Both the position numbers and the translations under genes were made by a program. A DNA stretch of 64,000 nt from Felis catus. Lineage: Eukaryota. Below, in pieces: positions 1 to 13,474 of this stretch. The first letter of the stretch is position 1, and each line of letters begins with the position of its first letter. The stretch lies in contig NC_058368.1 of NCBI RefSeq assembly GCF_018350175.1, positions 163,806,001 through 163,870,000 of the forward strand, read 5' to 3'. The notes below the pieces were generated by a model. The model searched no databases and was not told where the DNA came from. It was given only the letters and a program-made list of their open reading frames with translations.

Positions 1-243
1 GCTAGCCCAGAGGCTAGGTACCAACTCTGGCCATGCCAAACCAGCAAAATCTTCCATCAACCAGTGACTGCAACCAACCTTCTCTGATGAGGCTTGTACC
101 CCTATTTCCAAGTTAATGCTTCCTTGAGTACTCTCTCTTTCTACCTTAAGATTCCTTTTAGAGTTCTCTTTTTTGTCTTTATAATTACTTTCCTATCATT
201 GGTTAATTGTTCTTCATGTTAAACTTCTGTTTAAATTACTGTG
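1..243 (+). mobile_element. 3' portion of an old ERVL LTR (LTR41/LTR33-like), interrupted by the MLT2 LTR and resuming at about 699-720
   Basis: Ends ...aaacttctgtttaaattactgtg, resembling the 3' end of the LTR at 32540-32600; continues as ctatttctgtctcct after the MLT2. Confidence 0.5.
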
Positions 244-698
244 TGTGATGGCTAATTTTATATGGCAAAGTGGCTAGGCTATGTATGGTGCCTAGACCTG
301 TGGTCAAACACTAATCTAGATATTGCTGCGATGTATTTTTTAGATGTGATTAACATTTAAATCAGTAGACTTGGAGTAAAGCAGATGACCTTCCATGTAG
401 TTAGTGGGCTTCATCCAGTCAGTTGAAGGCCTCAAGATAAAAAGATTGAGGTCTTCCAGAAGAAAGATTTCTGAAGAGATTGAGGTCTTCCAGAAGAAAG
501 ATTTCTGCCTTCAGACTCCAGTTGCAACATCAACTCTTCCCTGGGTGTCCAGCAGGACTGCCCTATAGAATTCAGACTTGCCAGCCCTTACAATGAGCCA
601 ATTCCTTAAAACCCCCTTCTGTGTGTGTGTGTATGTGTGTATATATACATAAACATATACACACACTTCCTGTTGGTTCTGTTTCCCTGAATAATACA
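244..698 (+). mobile_element. MLT2-family (ERVL) solo LTR
   Basis: TG...CA termini (tgtgatggctaatttt ... taataca); perfect 5-bp TSD CTGTG at 239-243 and 699-703; internal (TG/TA/CA)n tract typical of MLT2. Confidence 0.85.
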
Positions 699-3084
699 CT
701 GTGCTATTTCTGTCTCCTCAGATAGATAGACTTATGAACAAATATAAAATAAGTAGTCAAGTCTTTCCTGCTGATTCCCAATGCCCTCCATTTCCTGACC
801 CCATCATTTCTATCAATTTCATTAATTGTCCTCAGCGTCCGTCCCAAGAACACAGCACTCATTCCTTCCCTGCCTGTCCTCCATTTCCCTCACCATTCAT
901 GTCCTCCTGTCTCTCCTCTTCCTGTTCATATTCTAGCCAACCTTCAAGGTTGGCTCTAATTCCTCTCCCTTCATGAAGTCTTTTTACCTCTTGGAGCCAT
1001 CACCATTCTCTCTCTGCCTACAAAGAATGCCTGTGCCCTATCATTGAGAGCTAAATTATATTGCTTCATTTAGTTTGTGTGGATGTGGATGAGTGTGTGT
1101 GTATGTGTGTACGTACGTGTATGTGCATAGATGCATATATATGTGTATATGTGTGCACTCACTAATATTTATTGAGGTTGAGTTCTTATTATGAACCAGG
1201 CACTGAGCTATATACTTTTAATTATTTAATCATCTCATCTAGGAGTTTTTTAGTCATATGCTCCTTGTATGGGCCTATTTATTCCTCTCACACTCAGTGA
1301 ACAATTAAAATTTTTCTTCTTTTCTTATTTTTAAGTAAGATGCCGTAAGACTAGGGTACCCCCTTTTCAGAAGAAAAGTAACAGGTACATATGAGTGAGG
1401 GGAAAGAATGTGATATTTGTCAAACTCCTGTGAGAAATCTCTCTGTGCATCTGAAAATTATAGTTGCCTGCTGGTTTAGCATTTCTAATCAATAATAGAG
1501 AGAACCCTTCTCAATGAACCTGCCTCGGTTGAGATAGCCCATCCTGGGCTCCACTCTGAAATCCCAGGGAGTGACAGAAAGGGTCAGAACACCCCCCCCC
1601 ATTTTGCATTAGTTGCTGTGTCATGTCCGCAGAGTTGACTGGGAGTTTCTAGCAAACCCCTTTCTGTCCAGGTGAAGTAATCTGAATGGCTCAGATCTTT
1701 GGAAAATGGAAAATAAATTTCACCAACATACTGTTAAAATAATACAGAAGATCTCTGAATGCTGTTTGGCCTTGTCTTGAGTGAAGAATAAAATGTCAGC
1801 AGACTGGCCCTGATTCTTCACATTTAAAAGGATTGTCTTAATACTCCTTGTTGATTGTGGCAAGGTTATAAAATAATCTCACTGTGAGGGCTGCATTATC
1901 CACATTCTACAAACCACGAAATGGCGACAAGTGAGGTTAAGTAATTTGACCAAGGAAATGCAGCTAATAGATGGTAAATCTAGGAGGTGAATCAAAACTT
2001 ACTGAAGCACAGCATGAGACTGTCTCCATGAAATGAGATTTATTTCATAAAGGTCAGATTTACTATATCCCATGCTCACATTCACCTGGGGAGGTCAGGG
2101 CTTTTGTTATCCTCATAGTTCAGGAGAAAGGCTTGGAAAAACTCAGTGAATTACCTGGGTCCACCCAGGTAGCAAGTTAGCAGAACTGAGGCTGGATCCC
2201 AGTCTGTGAGACCCAGGGCTGGTACTCTTAATCTCTTGTTCAAAAGACTATTTCATGTAGGTCTTATGGACCCAGGTAAATACAGGCTCTATTTGAGCAG
2301 AGATTATATGTTTTCCCCCAAAAGTAGCTAAGACAGGGCTGGCTCCAGAGGAAGTGCTCAGTTACACACACCATGATCAAAGCAGACAACTGTTAAGGAG
2401 CCCATAGTCCTGGTATCCAGCACCAGTTTCTTTTAGGATAAGTGTGTTTTGCTGTGTTTCTTCACAGCTATGACATACTTCTCCAGAGACAAGTTTCCCT
2501 AGTTCTGTTTTCAGAAAACTTTCCCCCTTCATGGAATTGTGTGAAGACAAGCCACCACTTGTCTGATGGCTTTGGCCTTTTTCAATTCTTGAGACTCCAC
2601 CAAGTTATAAGATTGGTCCTGGAGGATATGCTACGCAGCACAGACAATGGCTAGAGCCAAAGGGTGGCCATGAAGATGGTCATATGCATGAAGGTGGTGC
2701 TGAGCAATCTGAACCCTAGTGCCCTGGTCGTGGCTCTGCTGCTTATGGAGTCCCTCACTCACTAGCTGTTACCCAAGAGTTGAAGGACACTATGGGCTAT
2801 GTATCTCAATTCAAATGATCATGCACAGGGCTTTTGCCACTGCTAGCCTTTGATTAAGAGATTTCATTGATCATTAGTCCTTTCCCCATGGTGTGGGCAA
2901 AGAAAAACAACATAATGGAAGAGGTATTCTAACTGCTGACTAGACCACAGCTTTGGGATGATATGTTGGTTTAACGTGTTACACATTTGCACAGAAGTAG
3001 AATTGACTAGGTATTAATTTTCTCTTCAGTGGAAAAACATTAAAACCTCAATGCTAAATGGAATTTTCTTATAAAATGTTTTAG

Positions 3085-3193
3085 GCTCTGCACTCACACC
3101 ATGGAGCCTGCTTGGGATTCTCTCTTCCCCCTCTCTGCCCCTACTCTGCTCACACTCTCTCTCTCAAATAAATAAGCTTAAAAAAAGGTATAT
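3085..3193 (+). mobile_element. 5'-truncated Can-SINE
   Basis: ggagcctgcttgggattctctc, (CT)n, aataaataa tail; 13-bp TSD taaaatgttttag at 3072-3084 and 3194-3206. Confidence 0.85.
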
Positions 3194-4130
3194 TAAAATG
3201 TTTTAGCTCTCTAAGCTGCACTTTTATTCTCCTGCATATAAAAAAGATGAAATGTGCCCCATTTTTATAGCTTAGCAATACTATTCTTGGGATTGGAGAC
3301 TGTGACTTATTGGAAATATTACTGAATATAACAGCAAAAAGAATAGGTCTCTTTAATTTCTTCCCATTTGTTCCAAAGATTGTGCTAGATACTTTTTTTA
3401 TATCTGTTATTTTACAACAATATCCCTGTATGATATTGTATGGTGTTATGTATAGATCCTTCTATGCCAATTTGAATCATGCAAATTTTGAGTAGTATTA
3501 TGTAAACATCAAACACAAAATCAGAAATAAGGTGAATACTCCCAAACTTAAAAATTGACAGGAATTTCAAAACTTTTGGACCAAGAGAACTCTCTGTTGT
3601 CTTGAGGTAGTGTTCCTTTAGCTGGTAATTAGAATTCACCATTCTCTGTCAAGATTAGTCTTGGATTCTGTCCACTCTTGGGAAAACATTCCTTACATAA
3701 AATGCAGTTGTCTTGAATTGTAATGCCAGAGAGCGAAGAGCAGTGCAGTTCATTCCTTGCACATGGTGAGCAATTAGTAAATGATCATTTAGTGGATTTA
3801 AACAGGATGAATGTGGTCAGAAACAAGCTAGTTAGTCCTTCACCTTTGGAATGTGAGCCCGACCACTCTCTTTTCATCCTTTCCTAGCTCAAGGACAAGG
3901 TTTACATTTCTGGCTGAGGAAGCCTGGTAACCTTTGATGTCCAGCCAAGCACCACTAAGTGGCTTTAGGTTTATCTTGTCGATCTTGCTCTTAGACTCCT
4001 TCCTCCCTTCTCTCCTTCAGAAAAACAGCACATGTATGAAGGCTTTCTGTACACAACTTTTTATTCTCAAATAATTGTATATCCACGGGAAATCAAGGAA
4101 ATGTGTACCCTTCACTCATTCCTCCTGGCG

Positions 4131-4159
4131 TGCACACACACACACACACACACACACAC
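4131..4159. repeat. (CA)n microsatellite
   Basis: Direct reading. Confidence 0.9.
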
Positions 4160-4284
4160 GCTAAGCATCTCATAGAACGATAGTAGTACAAGTGTTTCTG
4201 AGGGGCAGTAGCTCACTGGGTTTAAGTTCTGAGGAAGAAGTCTACATTGAGATGCAGTTACCCTCTCCTCAGGACTCAGTCTGG

Positions 4285-4780
4285 GATAGGCATCATAGGC
4301 TTGCCACCCATGCCATCTCACAAAGCCCCACACACAGAAGGATGCAGTCAGCATCTTGAAACTCTTAAATATTTTATCTTTGGATTTACGTTTGTAAGTG
4401 AAATAAGATGAACAATGGGGTATGTGCCAGGGGCTTGGAGCCTCTGCACACATGTGGTTCTACCTCCCTGCCTCTGTGAGACAGAGTGTTGGCCTCCTGA
4501 TCCTGCCCAGACACCACTGCTGCCTTCCCTTGCTGCGGGTGCTGGGTGTGGATGCCAGTGTTGGGTCGAATGGAAGGTATCTGGTGCCTGTGAGGGTCTG
4601 CACTTGCCTGGCAGTATCCTCATGTTTGAGAGAGTCATTTTATATTAAATAATACAAAACATCATGGCAAGTCAAGACAGAGATGGCTGAAGAAAGAAAA
4701 AGCTTCTAAACTGCATTTTGAACAAAGGGCCATACATTGTCATTTTGCACTGGACCCCACAAATTAGATTGCCATCCCTA
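4285..4780 (+). mobile_element. hAT-Tip100 DNA transposon fossil (MER115/MER91/Zaphod-like)
   Basis: 3' end tttgaacaaagggcc...cattttgcactggaccccacaaatta resembles the recalled MER91/Zaphod terminus; boundaries approximate. Confidence 0.55.
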
Positions 4781-7748
4781 CTTAAAACTATTTTATAGCC
4801 CAGCTTATTTTGTAGCCCATGCCTACAAGAAATCTAGGCATGAAGATGAATTTTTATCAGTGAATAGGAAGCACAAGGAATATTTGTTTGTCCAAGGCAA
4901 AAAAAAAAAAAAAAAAAAAAAGGTCTCCACTAACACCAGAGCAATCTTGCTAAAGCACATTCTTATCAAGTCAGAGACTGACCTAAAACCTGCAGCATTG
5001 CCTGCTTGTAGAATATCCTCCATAGCCACAGCCTGGCCCTGGGCTCTCTGTAAATAGTCTATCCTCATCTTATCTTCTGAACTTCATGTTTGGCTAGACC
5101 TTGGTTCAAATCTGTGCTTGTTTCTGACCAAATGCAGTTCATACTTTCCTAGTTGTGTGCCTTTGCTCAAGCCATTTTATTTTCCTGAAATGTCATTTCA
5201 CCCATTCTTAGAGGCCAAACTGTCACTTCTCTCCTAAAGCTCCCAGCCTGTGCCTGCCTCAGTGCCTTTGCACTTCTTTACCCTACTCATGTGGCTCCTT
5301 TTCTAGATCTTCTACAGCTAGATCCATTGTGTCACTCAGAAGGCCATCTTTCCAGAGAGGTCTGTCTGAAGACCTGCTCTAAGCTAACCTCCATTTCATC
5401 CCATTCCTGTTCCATTAGTTGTAGTTATCACTATTTAAATTAATTTCGGATATTTAATTTTTTTACTAGTGCAATGATCATCTCTCCCAGAAGAGTAAGG
5501 GCCTCTTTTGCCTTCTTTACTTCCACAGGCCTTAAACCATGCCTGGCATGTACTTGTTGAATAAAGGGCTCTTTCCGTCCTCCTAATATTGTAGCATACT
5601 GCATGTCATATTTTCCTTACATGTTTTCCTCCTCTTTTTATGCTATGAGCTTCTCCAGGGAGGGGAAGAATGCTTTATTCTTATCCTGCACAATGCCTAG
5701 GAGGGCCTAGGCTTCAGTAAGTCTTCACTGAATGCATATATAAAAATAAATGGTGCAGAGGCAGAGCATTTCTTTTCTCTTTCAGAACAACTGGACACAG
5801 CATTAAGCCAGAGAGATCAAAACTAATTGCTGGAACGAGCAGCACATGCCATTTAGCATTCATTGCATCTGTACCAAGGGCAGCCTTGGAAAAGTGTGTA
5901 ATCAACTAACAGCACATGGTATCCAGAATGACCTCTGTGCTCATTACAATGCTATTCTCTTCAGGCAATTGGTTGCCTTTGTGGCCTGTGGGATGAAAAG
6001 CTTCCCAAAATAGAGACCCGGGATGAAGTCTAGTTCTGATGGGAGGGAACAGAGCTAGAGGGCGCCTTCTTTATGAGCATCGGGCATCTGTGTTATTCTT
6101 ATAGCAAAGTAGTTTGTTTTTTTTATTATTGATAAAAATGGAGATACTAACCCACAAATCAGTCTGGGGATCTAGGGAGTGTGAAGAAGGTAAGGTGTGG
6201 CATTAGTCGAGAGTGACAAGTTTGGGGCATAAATGGGACCATTAAATCAAAGTGGCGTACATAAAAAAACAGAAAAGCGATCTGTTCTGGCTCTCTCAGG
6301 CAAGGGGAAAATGAGGCCTGCCAGCCGGGTTGAGGTGAGGCTTCCTAAACTCTATGACAAAAGTCTGGAGCAATAAAAGACCCCCAGGCAAGGGAGAACA
6401 GAGCAATGACATGCAAGCCTGCAAGCCAGGGATTTAGAGGCCAGAGAGGGGATATGCACTGTTCTGAAACTCATTTGCACACTCCCCTCTTCCTTACCCC
6501 GCAGAAGGGCTTCTCACCCTAAGATGCTGAACCCCTGGGTTCCCCATGAGCACTCCACACTGCCTATGGTGTAAGAGAGGAAGTCTCGCCTCCTCCCTCA
6601 ACTACTGGGTGTGGATTCAATTACTAGGGAGAGTTAAGGATTCAAAGAGGGTTTCTTGGAGGGGAGGGGCAGTGTGTGGCACACACAGAAAAACACAATG
6701 AGGCAAAATGTGGGGCAGCTGGGAATCAGTCTTAGGAGGCTGAGATGGACTGTGGGTGCTGTTGGAGAAAGGTGTGATGAGCTGGGGTGCTGGAGCTAGT
6801 GTTGGGGAGGTGATTTTAGGGAAATCCAATAAGGTCCTGGAAGCTTTGGTGGAGTGAAGGCTTATTTTAGTCTTTTCCCCGGGAAGGAAATGCCTATATT
6901 GTGACAGGGCAGGATGGCTGGTCTCCCATGGGATTTCCCCCCTTCTTGGGTCTTCAGTCCTCAAGCTGGCATTCTAGACAGCTCTGGGCTTTGGTGCAAG
7001 GATGGTGGGCAGAGGCCATGGTATGAAATCTTGCCTATAGGAATGTCTCATTGGAATAGCAAGTGGAGGCCTGGCCTTCGGGTGGCCTGAAGGGGTGCAG
7101 GATGGTGCTTGGAAAGGTCTGACAAATGCTGCTCGGTTAAAAAGGTTATTACTTTCCTTCTCTTTTCTGCTACAGAGAAAATCATTCTTGTTACTCCTTC
7201 TAAGAAGGAAATTCTACAGAGCCTGGAACTAGACCACAAGCACATTTTCACCCTCAAAGGCACTCACTTTTGTGCCAGCTGCTGTCTCGGGCCTTGCTTT
7301 TTCCATTCTTTATGACAGTATAAAACCAAAGAGTTTGCCTTTTGACTTTTTCAGTCTGGGCTCTGAGTTGTTGTTGTTCTGTTGCTTTTTCCCATTGGCT
7401 AGATGTTTCCGGTTGGTGAGTAAATTATTTATTTGTCAAATCAGTTACCTAGTAAAGAAGCACTTGCTTCCTAGGACTGATGACTCTAGTGTGCCAAATA
7501 GTACCCAGGGGTTCCAGGTCCTGCCAAAACAAAGAATGGTTTAGGAGCTAGGGGAATTTGGCAAGTCCTATCAGCCCTACCTCCAAAATATATCTCCAGT
7601 GTGTCCCCTTATTGCAGCTCTGTGCAGCCACCATTACTCTTGGACAGACCTACTTTGTCTGGATCACTGTAATAGCATCTCATCTAGCCTCCCAGTTCTA
7701 CCCTCCATCCCGTCTTCACGCCATTCTCCACTCAGAAGCCATAGGCAT

Positions 7749-8223
7749 TGGATTAGTTTGCTACTGCTGCTGTAGCAAATTTAGCAGCTTAACACATGAT
7801 ACATTTATTTTCTAATGGTTCTGGAAGTCAGAAATCTGAAATCATCTTCATTGGACTAACATTAGGGTGTTGGCAGGGCTATGTCCCTTCTAGAAGCTCT
7901 AGAGGAGAATCCTTTTCTTACCTTTTCCAGCTTTAGAGGCTGCTTGCATTCTTAGGCTCATGGCCCTGCCTCACTTAAACCTCTGCTTCCTTTGTCATTG
8001 AGTCTGACTTTCCCATCTCCCAGTGATGGTGATCCTTGTGATGACACTGGGCCCACCCAGAAAATCCAGGATAATCTCATCTCAAGACCCTTGACTTAAT
8101 CACACCACAGTGTTCCTTTTGCCAAGTAAAGTAATATAGTCACAGGTTCCAGGGATTCAGATGTGGGCATCTTTGGGTTGGGAGCACGGTGTGGGGAACG
8201 GGATACATTCTTCTGCTTACCCA
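7749..8223 (-). mobile_element. MLT1 (MaLR) solo LTR inserted in an L2 remnant
   Basis: tggattagtttgctactgctgctgtagcaa...ttctgcttaccca matches reverse-complement MLT1 termini; 5-bp TSD GGCAT at 7744-7748 and 8224-8228. Confidence 0.8.
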
Positions 8224-9878
8224 GGCATCATACCATCCACCTGGTAAAGATCCATGACTTCCCATCGAGTGTAAAATAAAATCCATACTCCCAACACCTG
8301 ACTTACAAGACACTGCCCACCTCTCAAGCCATTTCTTAGCCAGCCTTTTCCTGGCTCTCTGCTCCTGTCACATGGCTTATGCCTGCTCTTCTTAAAACCC
8401 CAGACCCTCTCCTTTTGTGGATCCTAGTGGTTGTTATTCTCTGACTGGACACATAGCTGTTTGTTCTCTGACTTTGAGTCTTTGGCCAAATGTCACATTC
8501 TCCGAAGGCAAGAATATAGCAGAAGTGTTTCCAATTATGGAATCCACTTTATTGTAAGGAAGGAATATAACATTGATTGTGTGACTAGAACCTTTTATAG
8601 TTTAATCCTCAAGTGCTCCATTTGTCAAGCATTCTGGGTCCAACTTGACAGAAGAAATGACTGAGGCTTAAGTAAATTACCTAATTTACAAGGCTAGTGA
8701 GTATTAGAGTGGAATCTGAATACAGCCTGTCTGACACCAAATCCAGTACAATTACTATTGCACATACCTGTATATTAAGATAGTGTAACCAATAGGAGAA
8801 AGCCTGGGCTGTGAACTTATACTTAAATTCTGACAACACCACTTAGTAATCGTGTGACTCTAAGTAAGTGCCTAGTCTTGGTGAAATTCAGTTTCCACAT
8901 CTCATATCTTTGTTAGAAAGAGTGAATGAAATAAGATATCCCAAGTATGTAGCACAATGCCTGGTAGTAAAGTAAATGCTAGCAAATAATAGGTGTAAAA
9001 TATTATTAATAGAAACCTGCTACTCAAGAAGAGGCGTTTTTTGCTTTTTTGCTTCCCTCTACTTTAAAAGAAACTTGAGTGAAAAAATAAATAATCTAAT
9101 TTAAAAATGGGCAAAAGACATGAACAGACATTTCTCCAAAGAAGACATTCAGATGGCTAACAGACACATGGAAAGATGCTCAACATCAGTCATCCTCAGG
9201 GAAATGCAAATCAAAACTACAGTGAGATATCTATCACCTCAGACCTGTCAGAATGGCTAAAGCCAACAACACAAAAACAACAAGTGTTGGCAAGGAGGTG
9301 GAAAAAAAAGGAATTCTCCTGCACTGTTGGTGGGAATGCAAACTGGTGCAGCCACTGTGGGAAACAGTATGAAGGTTTCTCAAAAAATTAAAAATAGAAT
9401 TGCCATATGATCCAGTAATTCTACTATTGGGCATTTACCCAAAGAATATAAAAGCACTAATTCAAAAATATATATGCACCCCTATGTTTATTGCAGCATT
9501 ATTTAAATAGCCAAATTATGGAAGCAGCCCAAGTGTCCATCCATAGATGAATGGATAAAGAAGGGTGGTATATAATATATATACATATATGCAAACATAT
9601 AACACACATACATACATACACATATCTACTGGAATATTACTCAGCCATAAAAAATGAAATTTTGCCATTTGCAACAACATGGAAGGATCTAGAAGGTACG
9701 ATGCTAAGGGAAATAAGCAGAGAAAATTACCATGTGATTTCACTCGTATGTGGAATTAAAAAAATGAACAAAGAAAAAAGAGACAAATAAATAGACTTAA
9801 ATATAAAGAACACACTAATAGTTACCAGAGGGGAAGTGGGTGAAATAGGTGAAGGAGATTAAGAGTACACTTATTATG

Positions 9879-11203
9879 CTATGAAACTATAGAACACTTA
9901 CGAAGGAAATTGAAGAGGATGCAAAGAAATGGAAAAACATTCCATACTCATGGATTGGAAGAACAAATATTGTTAAAATGTCTATACTACCCAAAGCAAT
10001 CTACACATTCAATGCACCCCCTATCAAAATAACACCAGCATTTTTCACACAGCTACAAAAAACAATTCTAAAATCTGTATGGAACCAGAAAAGACCTTGA
10101 ACAGCCAAAGTAATGTTGAGAAAGCAAAACAAAGCTGGAGACATCACAATTCTGGACTTCAAACTGTATTACAAAACTGTAGTCATCAAGACGGTATAGT
10201 ACTGGCACAAAAACAGAGACATAAATCAATGGAACAGAATAGAGGACCCAGAAATGGACCCATAACTATATGGTCAACTCATCTTCAACAAAGCAGGAAA
10301 GAATATCCAATGGAAAAAAGACAGTTTCGTCAACAAATGGTGTTGGGAAAACTGGACAGCAACATGCAGAAGAATGAAACTGGACCACTTTCTTACACTG
10401 TACACAAAAATAAATTCAAAATGGATGAAAGACATGAATGTGAAACAAGAAACTATCAAAAAATCCTAGAGGAGAACACAGGCAGCAATCTCTTTGACCT
10501 TGGCCATAGCACCTTCTTACTAGACACGTTGCTGGAGGCAAGGGAAACAAAGGCAAAAATGAACTCTTGGGACTTCATCAAGATATAAAACTTTGCAGAG
10601 CAAAGGAAACAATCAACAAACTAAAAGGCAGCCTACAGAATTGGAGGAAATATTTGCAAATGACATATCAGATAAAGGGCTAGTTTCCAAAATCTGTACA
10701 GAACTTATCAAACTAAACACCCCAAAAATAAATAATCCAGTTAAGAAGTGGGCAGAAGACATGAATAGACAGTTTTCCAAAGAAGACACCCAGATGGCTA
10801 ACAGAAATACGAAAAGATGCATAACATCACTTATCCTCAGGGAAATACAAATCATAACCACACTGAGATACCACCTCAGACCTATCAGAATGGCTCAAAT
10901 TAACAACTAAGGAAACAACAGATGTTGGCGAAGATGTGGAGAAAGGGGAACCCTCTTACACTCTTGTTGGGAATGCAAACCGGTGCAGCCACTGTGGAAA
11001 ACAGTGTGAATTTTCCTCGGGAAGTTAAAGATAGAGCTACCCTAAGACCCAGCAATTATACTACTAGGTATTTATCTAAAAGATATGAAAATACTGACTC
11101 AAAGGGGCACATGCACCCCAATGTCTATAGCAGCATTTTCAGAGCCAGATTATGGAAGGAGCCCAAAAATCCATTGACTGATGAATGGGTAAAGAAGATG
11201 TGG

Positions 11204-11261
<58 letters not shown>

Positions 11262-11989
11262 TATACATATATATATACACACATACATATATATATACAC
11301 ACACATATATATACGTATATATGAATATATAATGGAATATTACCCTACCATCAAAAAATGAAATACTGCCATTTGCAATGATGTGGATGGAACTAGAGTA
11401 TATTATGCTGAGCAAAATAAGATAGAGAAAAACAAATACCATATGATTTCACTCATGTGGAATTTAAGAAACAAAACAGATGAACATAGGGGAAGGGAAG
11501 GAAAAATAAAATAAGATAAAAACAGAGAGGGAAGCAAACTATAAGAGACTTAACTCTAGAGAACAAATTGAAGGTTGCTGGAAGGGAGGTGGGTGGGGGA
11601 TGGGTTAAATGGGTGGTGGGCATTAAAAAGGGCACTTGTGATGAGCTCTGGGTATTGTATGTAAGTGATGAAACACTAAATTCTCCTGAAACCAGTACTA
11701 CACTATATGTTAAGTAACTTGAATTTAAATAAAATCTTAGAGGGGTGCCTGGGTGGCTTAGTGATTTAAGTGGTTAAACATTCTAGTTTGGCTCAGGTCA
11801 TGATCTCACAGTTCGTGGGTTTGATCCCCATGTCTGGCTCTGTGCTAACAGCTCAGAGCCTGGAGCCTGCTTTAGATTCTGTGTCTCCTTTTCTCTCTGC
11901 CCCTCTCTTGCTGGTACTCTGTCTCTCTCTGTCTCTTAAAAATAAATAAAATGTTAAAAAAATAAAATGAAATCTTAGAAGAAAAAAAT
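9879..11989 (+). mobile_element. Younger carnivore L1, 5'-truncated and frameshifted (ORF2 3' part plus 3'UTR)
   Basis: ORF2-like peptides (e.g. [28 protein letters not shown]); 17-bp TSD agagtacact(t/c)attatg at 9862-9878 and 11990-12006. Confidence 0.9.
11742..11969 (+). mobile_element. Can-SINE (SINEC_Fc-like) in the L1 tail
   Basis: ggggtgcctgggtggct head, (CT)n, A-rich tail; TSD aaatcttaga. Confidence 0.9.
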
Positions 11990-12172
11990 AGAGTACACTC
12001 ATTATGATGAACACTGACTAATGTATAGAATTGTTGAATCACTGTATTGTACACCTGAAACTAATATACCACTGTATGTTAATCATACTGGAATTAAAAT
12101 TTTAAAAATAAAAGAAGCTTGAGTGAGAAAACTTGAAAGAAATGCCCCTGGTTAATAGTGTCCCATATTTTT

Positions 12173-12390
12173 TTCTTAAATGTTTTTAAATGTTTTATTT
12201 ATTCTTGAGAGAGAGACAGAACATGAATGAGGGAGGGGCACAGCAAAAGAGGGAGACACAGAATCCGAAGCAGACTCCAGGCTCTGAGCTGTCAGCACAG
12301 AGCCCGACATGGGGTTTGAACTCACGAGCTGTGAGATCATGACCTGAGCCGAAGTCGGACGCTCAACCAACTGAGCCACCCAGGCACCCC
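12173..12390 (-). mobile_element. Can-SINE
   Basis: Full head and tail; 17-bp TSD tagtgtcccatattttt at 12156-12172 and 12391-12407. Confidence 0.92.
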
Positions 12391-13254
12391 TAGTGTCCCA
12401 TATTTTTATCATTACTTCCTGTCACAAATGTTCTCAAGCTGAAACTCACTGAAGTGGGTTCCCCCATCAGTAATGAACATTTTGTAAGTCACTCAAAATC
12501 TACAGGAAAGAGTCAATTTATCAGTGCTGAAATTATGTTCTTTGGGGACACGAGAAGCAGAGGATTGAGAAATCTTCCAAGTGGGTGAGAGAAAATGTCC
12601 TCAGACCCAGCAACTCTTGTTTCCTCATGAGATTGTCTCCCTAGTGATTTCCAGAAAGCTACATTTTTCCTATCCCACCAGGAGGGTAAATAAAGCATTT
12701 ATCCTAAACTCCCCTGCTAACAATTTCCTTTCTAGCTAATGCTTTATGCTGCCATGCTTAAAAGACAGATCTGTAAAAAAAAAATGTTACTCTGAATATG
12801 TCATATCCTTGCTTAAAGCCTCCAATGAGCCCTCATAACTTATAGAATAAAGCCCAAACACCATTCATTGTTTAATAAGGCTCTCTGCCATCTCATTCTG
12901 ATCTACTTTTCAGCGCCCTATTTCTTGGCACTCTTCCCCATTCCATCACTACTTCCTCAACACACCCTCTGCTTCATAAACAAGGTACTATTAGTTGCTC
13001 TTCATTCTCACACTGGGAATTAACTGCAAGAATGTAGACATGTTTATGTTCACAAGAGCACCATGAATGAAATTTATCCCCACATCTTCTACAGATCAGA
13101 AGAGAGTTCCTAATGTGGTCTAAGATCTCACCAGACCAAGATTTGGATTCACGAAATCCGTGGGTAGTCAATACCTTTTTAGGCAGTTAAGATGGTATAG
13201 AAAATGCCAGCAAAAACAAAAAGCTTTAAAACTTGTACAAAGTGTCAATTCATT

Positions 13255-13474
13255 GGGGCATCTAGGTGGCTCAGTTGGTTAAGTGTCCAACTTCAGCTCA
13301 GGTCATGATCTTGCCGTTCAAGACTTCAAGCCCCATGTCAGGCTCTGTGCTGATAGCTCAGAGCCCGGAGCCTGCTTCTGATTTTGTGTCTCCCTCTCTC
13401 TCTGCCTCTCCCCTGCTCATGTTCTGTCTCTTTCTCTCTCAAAAATAAACATTAAAAAAGTTAAAAATAAAATA
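13255..13474 (+). mobile_element. Can-SINE
   Basis: Head, body and tail; degenerate TSD aaagtgtc.. Confidence 0.9.

Larger units (their letters stand above)
9083..12108 (+). mobile_element. Older 5'-truncated L1 (ORF2 end plus 3'UTR) split into 9083-9878 and 11990-12108 by a younger L1
   Basis: Degenerate L1 ORF2 C-terminus; 18-bp TSD taaaagaa(a/g)cttgagtga at 9065-9082 and 12109-12126. Confidence 0.85.

Noticed and set aside
6052..6066. CTCF-like GAGCTAGAGGGCGCC
   Set aside because: Three mismatches in the 5' CCA part of the core; too weak to call
9176..11635. Cluster of ORFs
   Set aside because: Frameshifted L1 ORF2 fragments, their antisense frames and microsatellite translations
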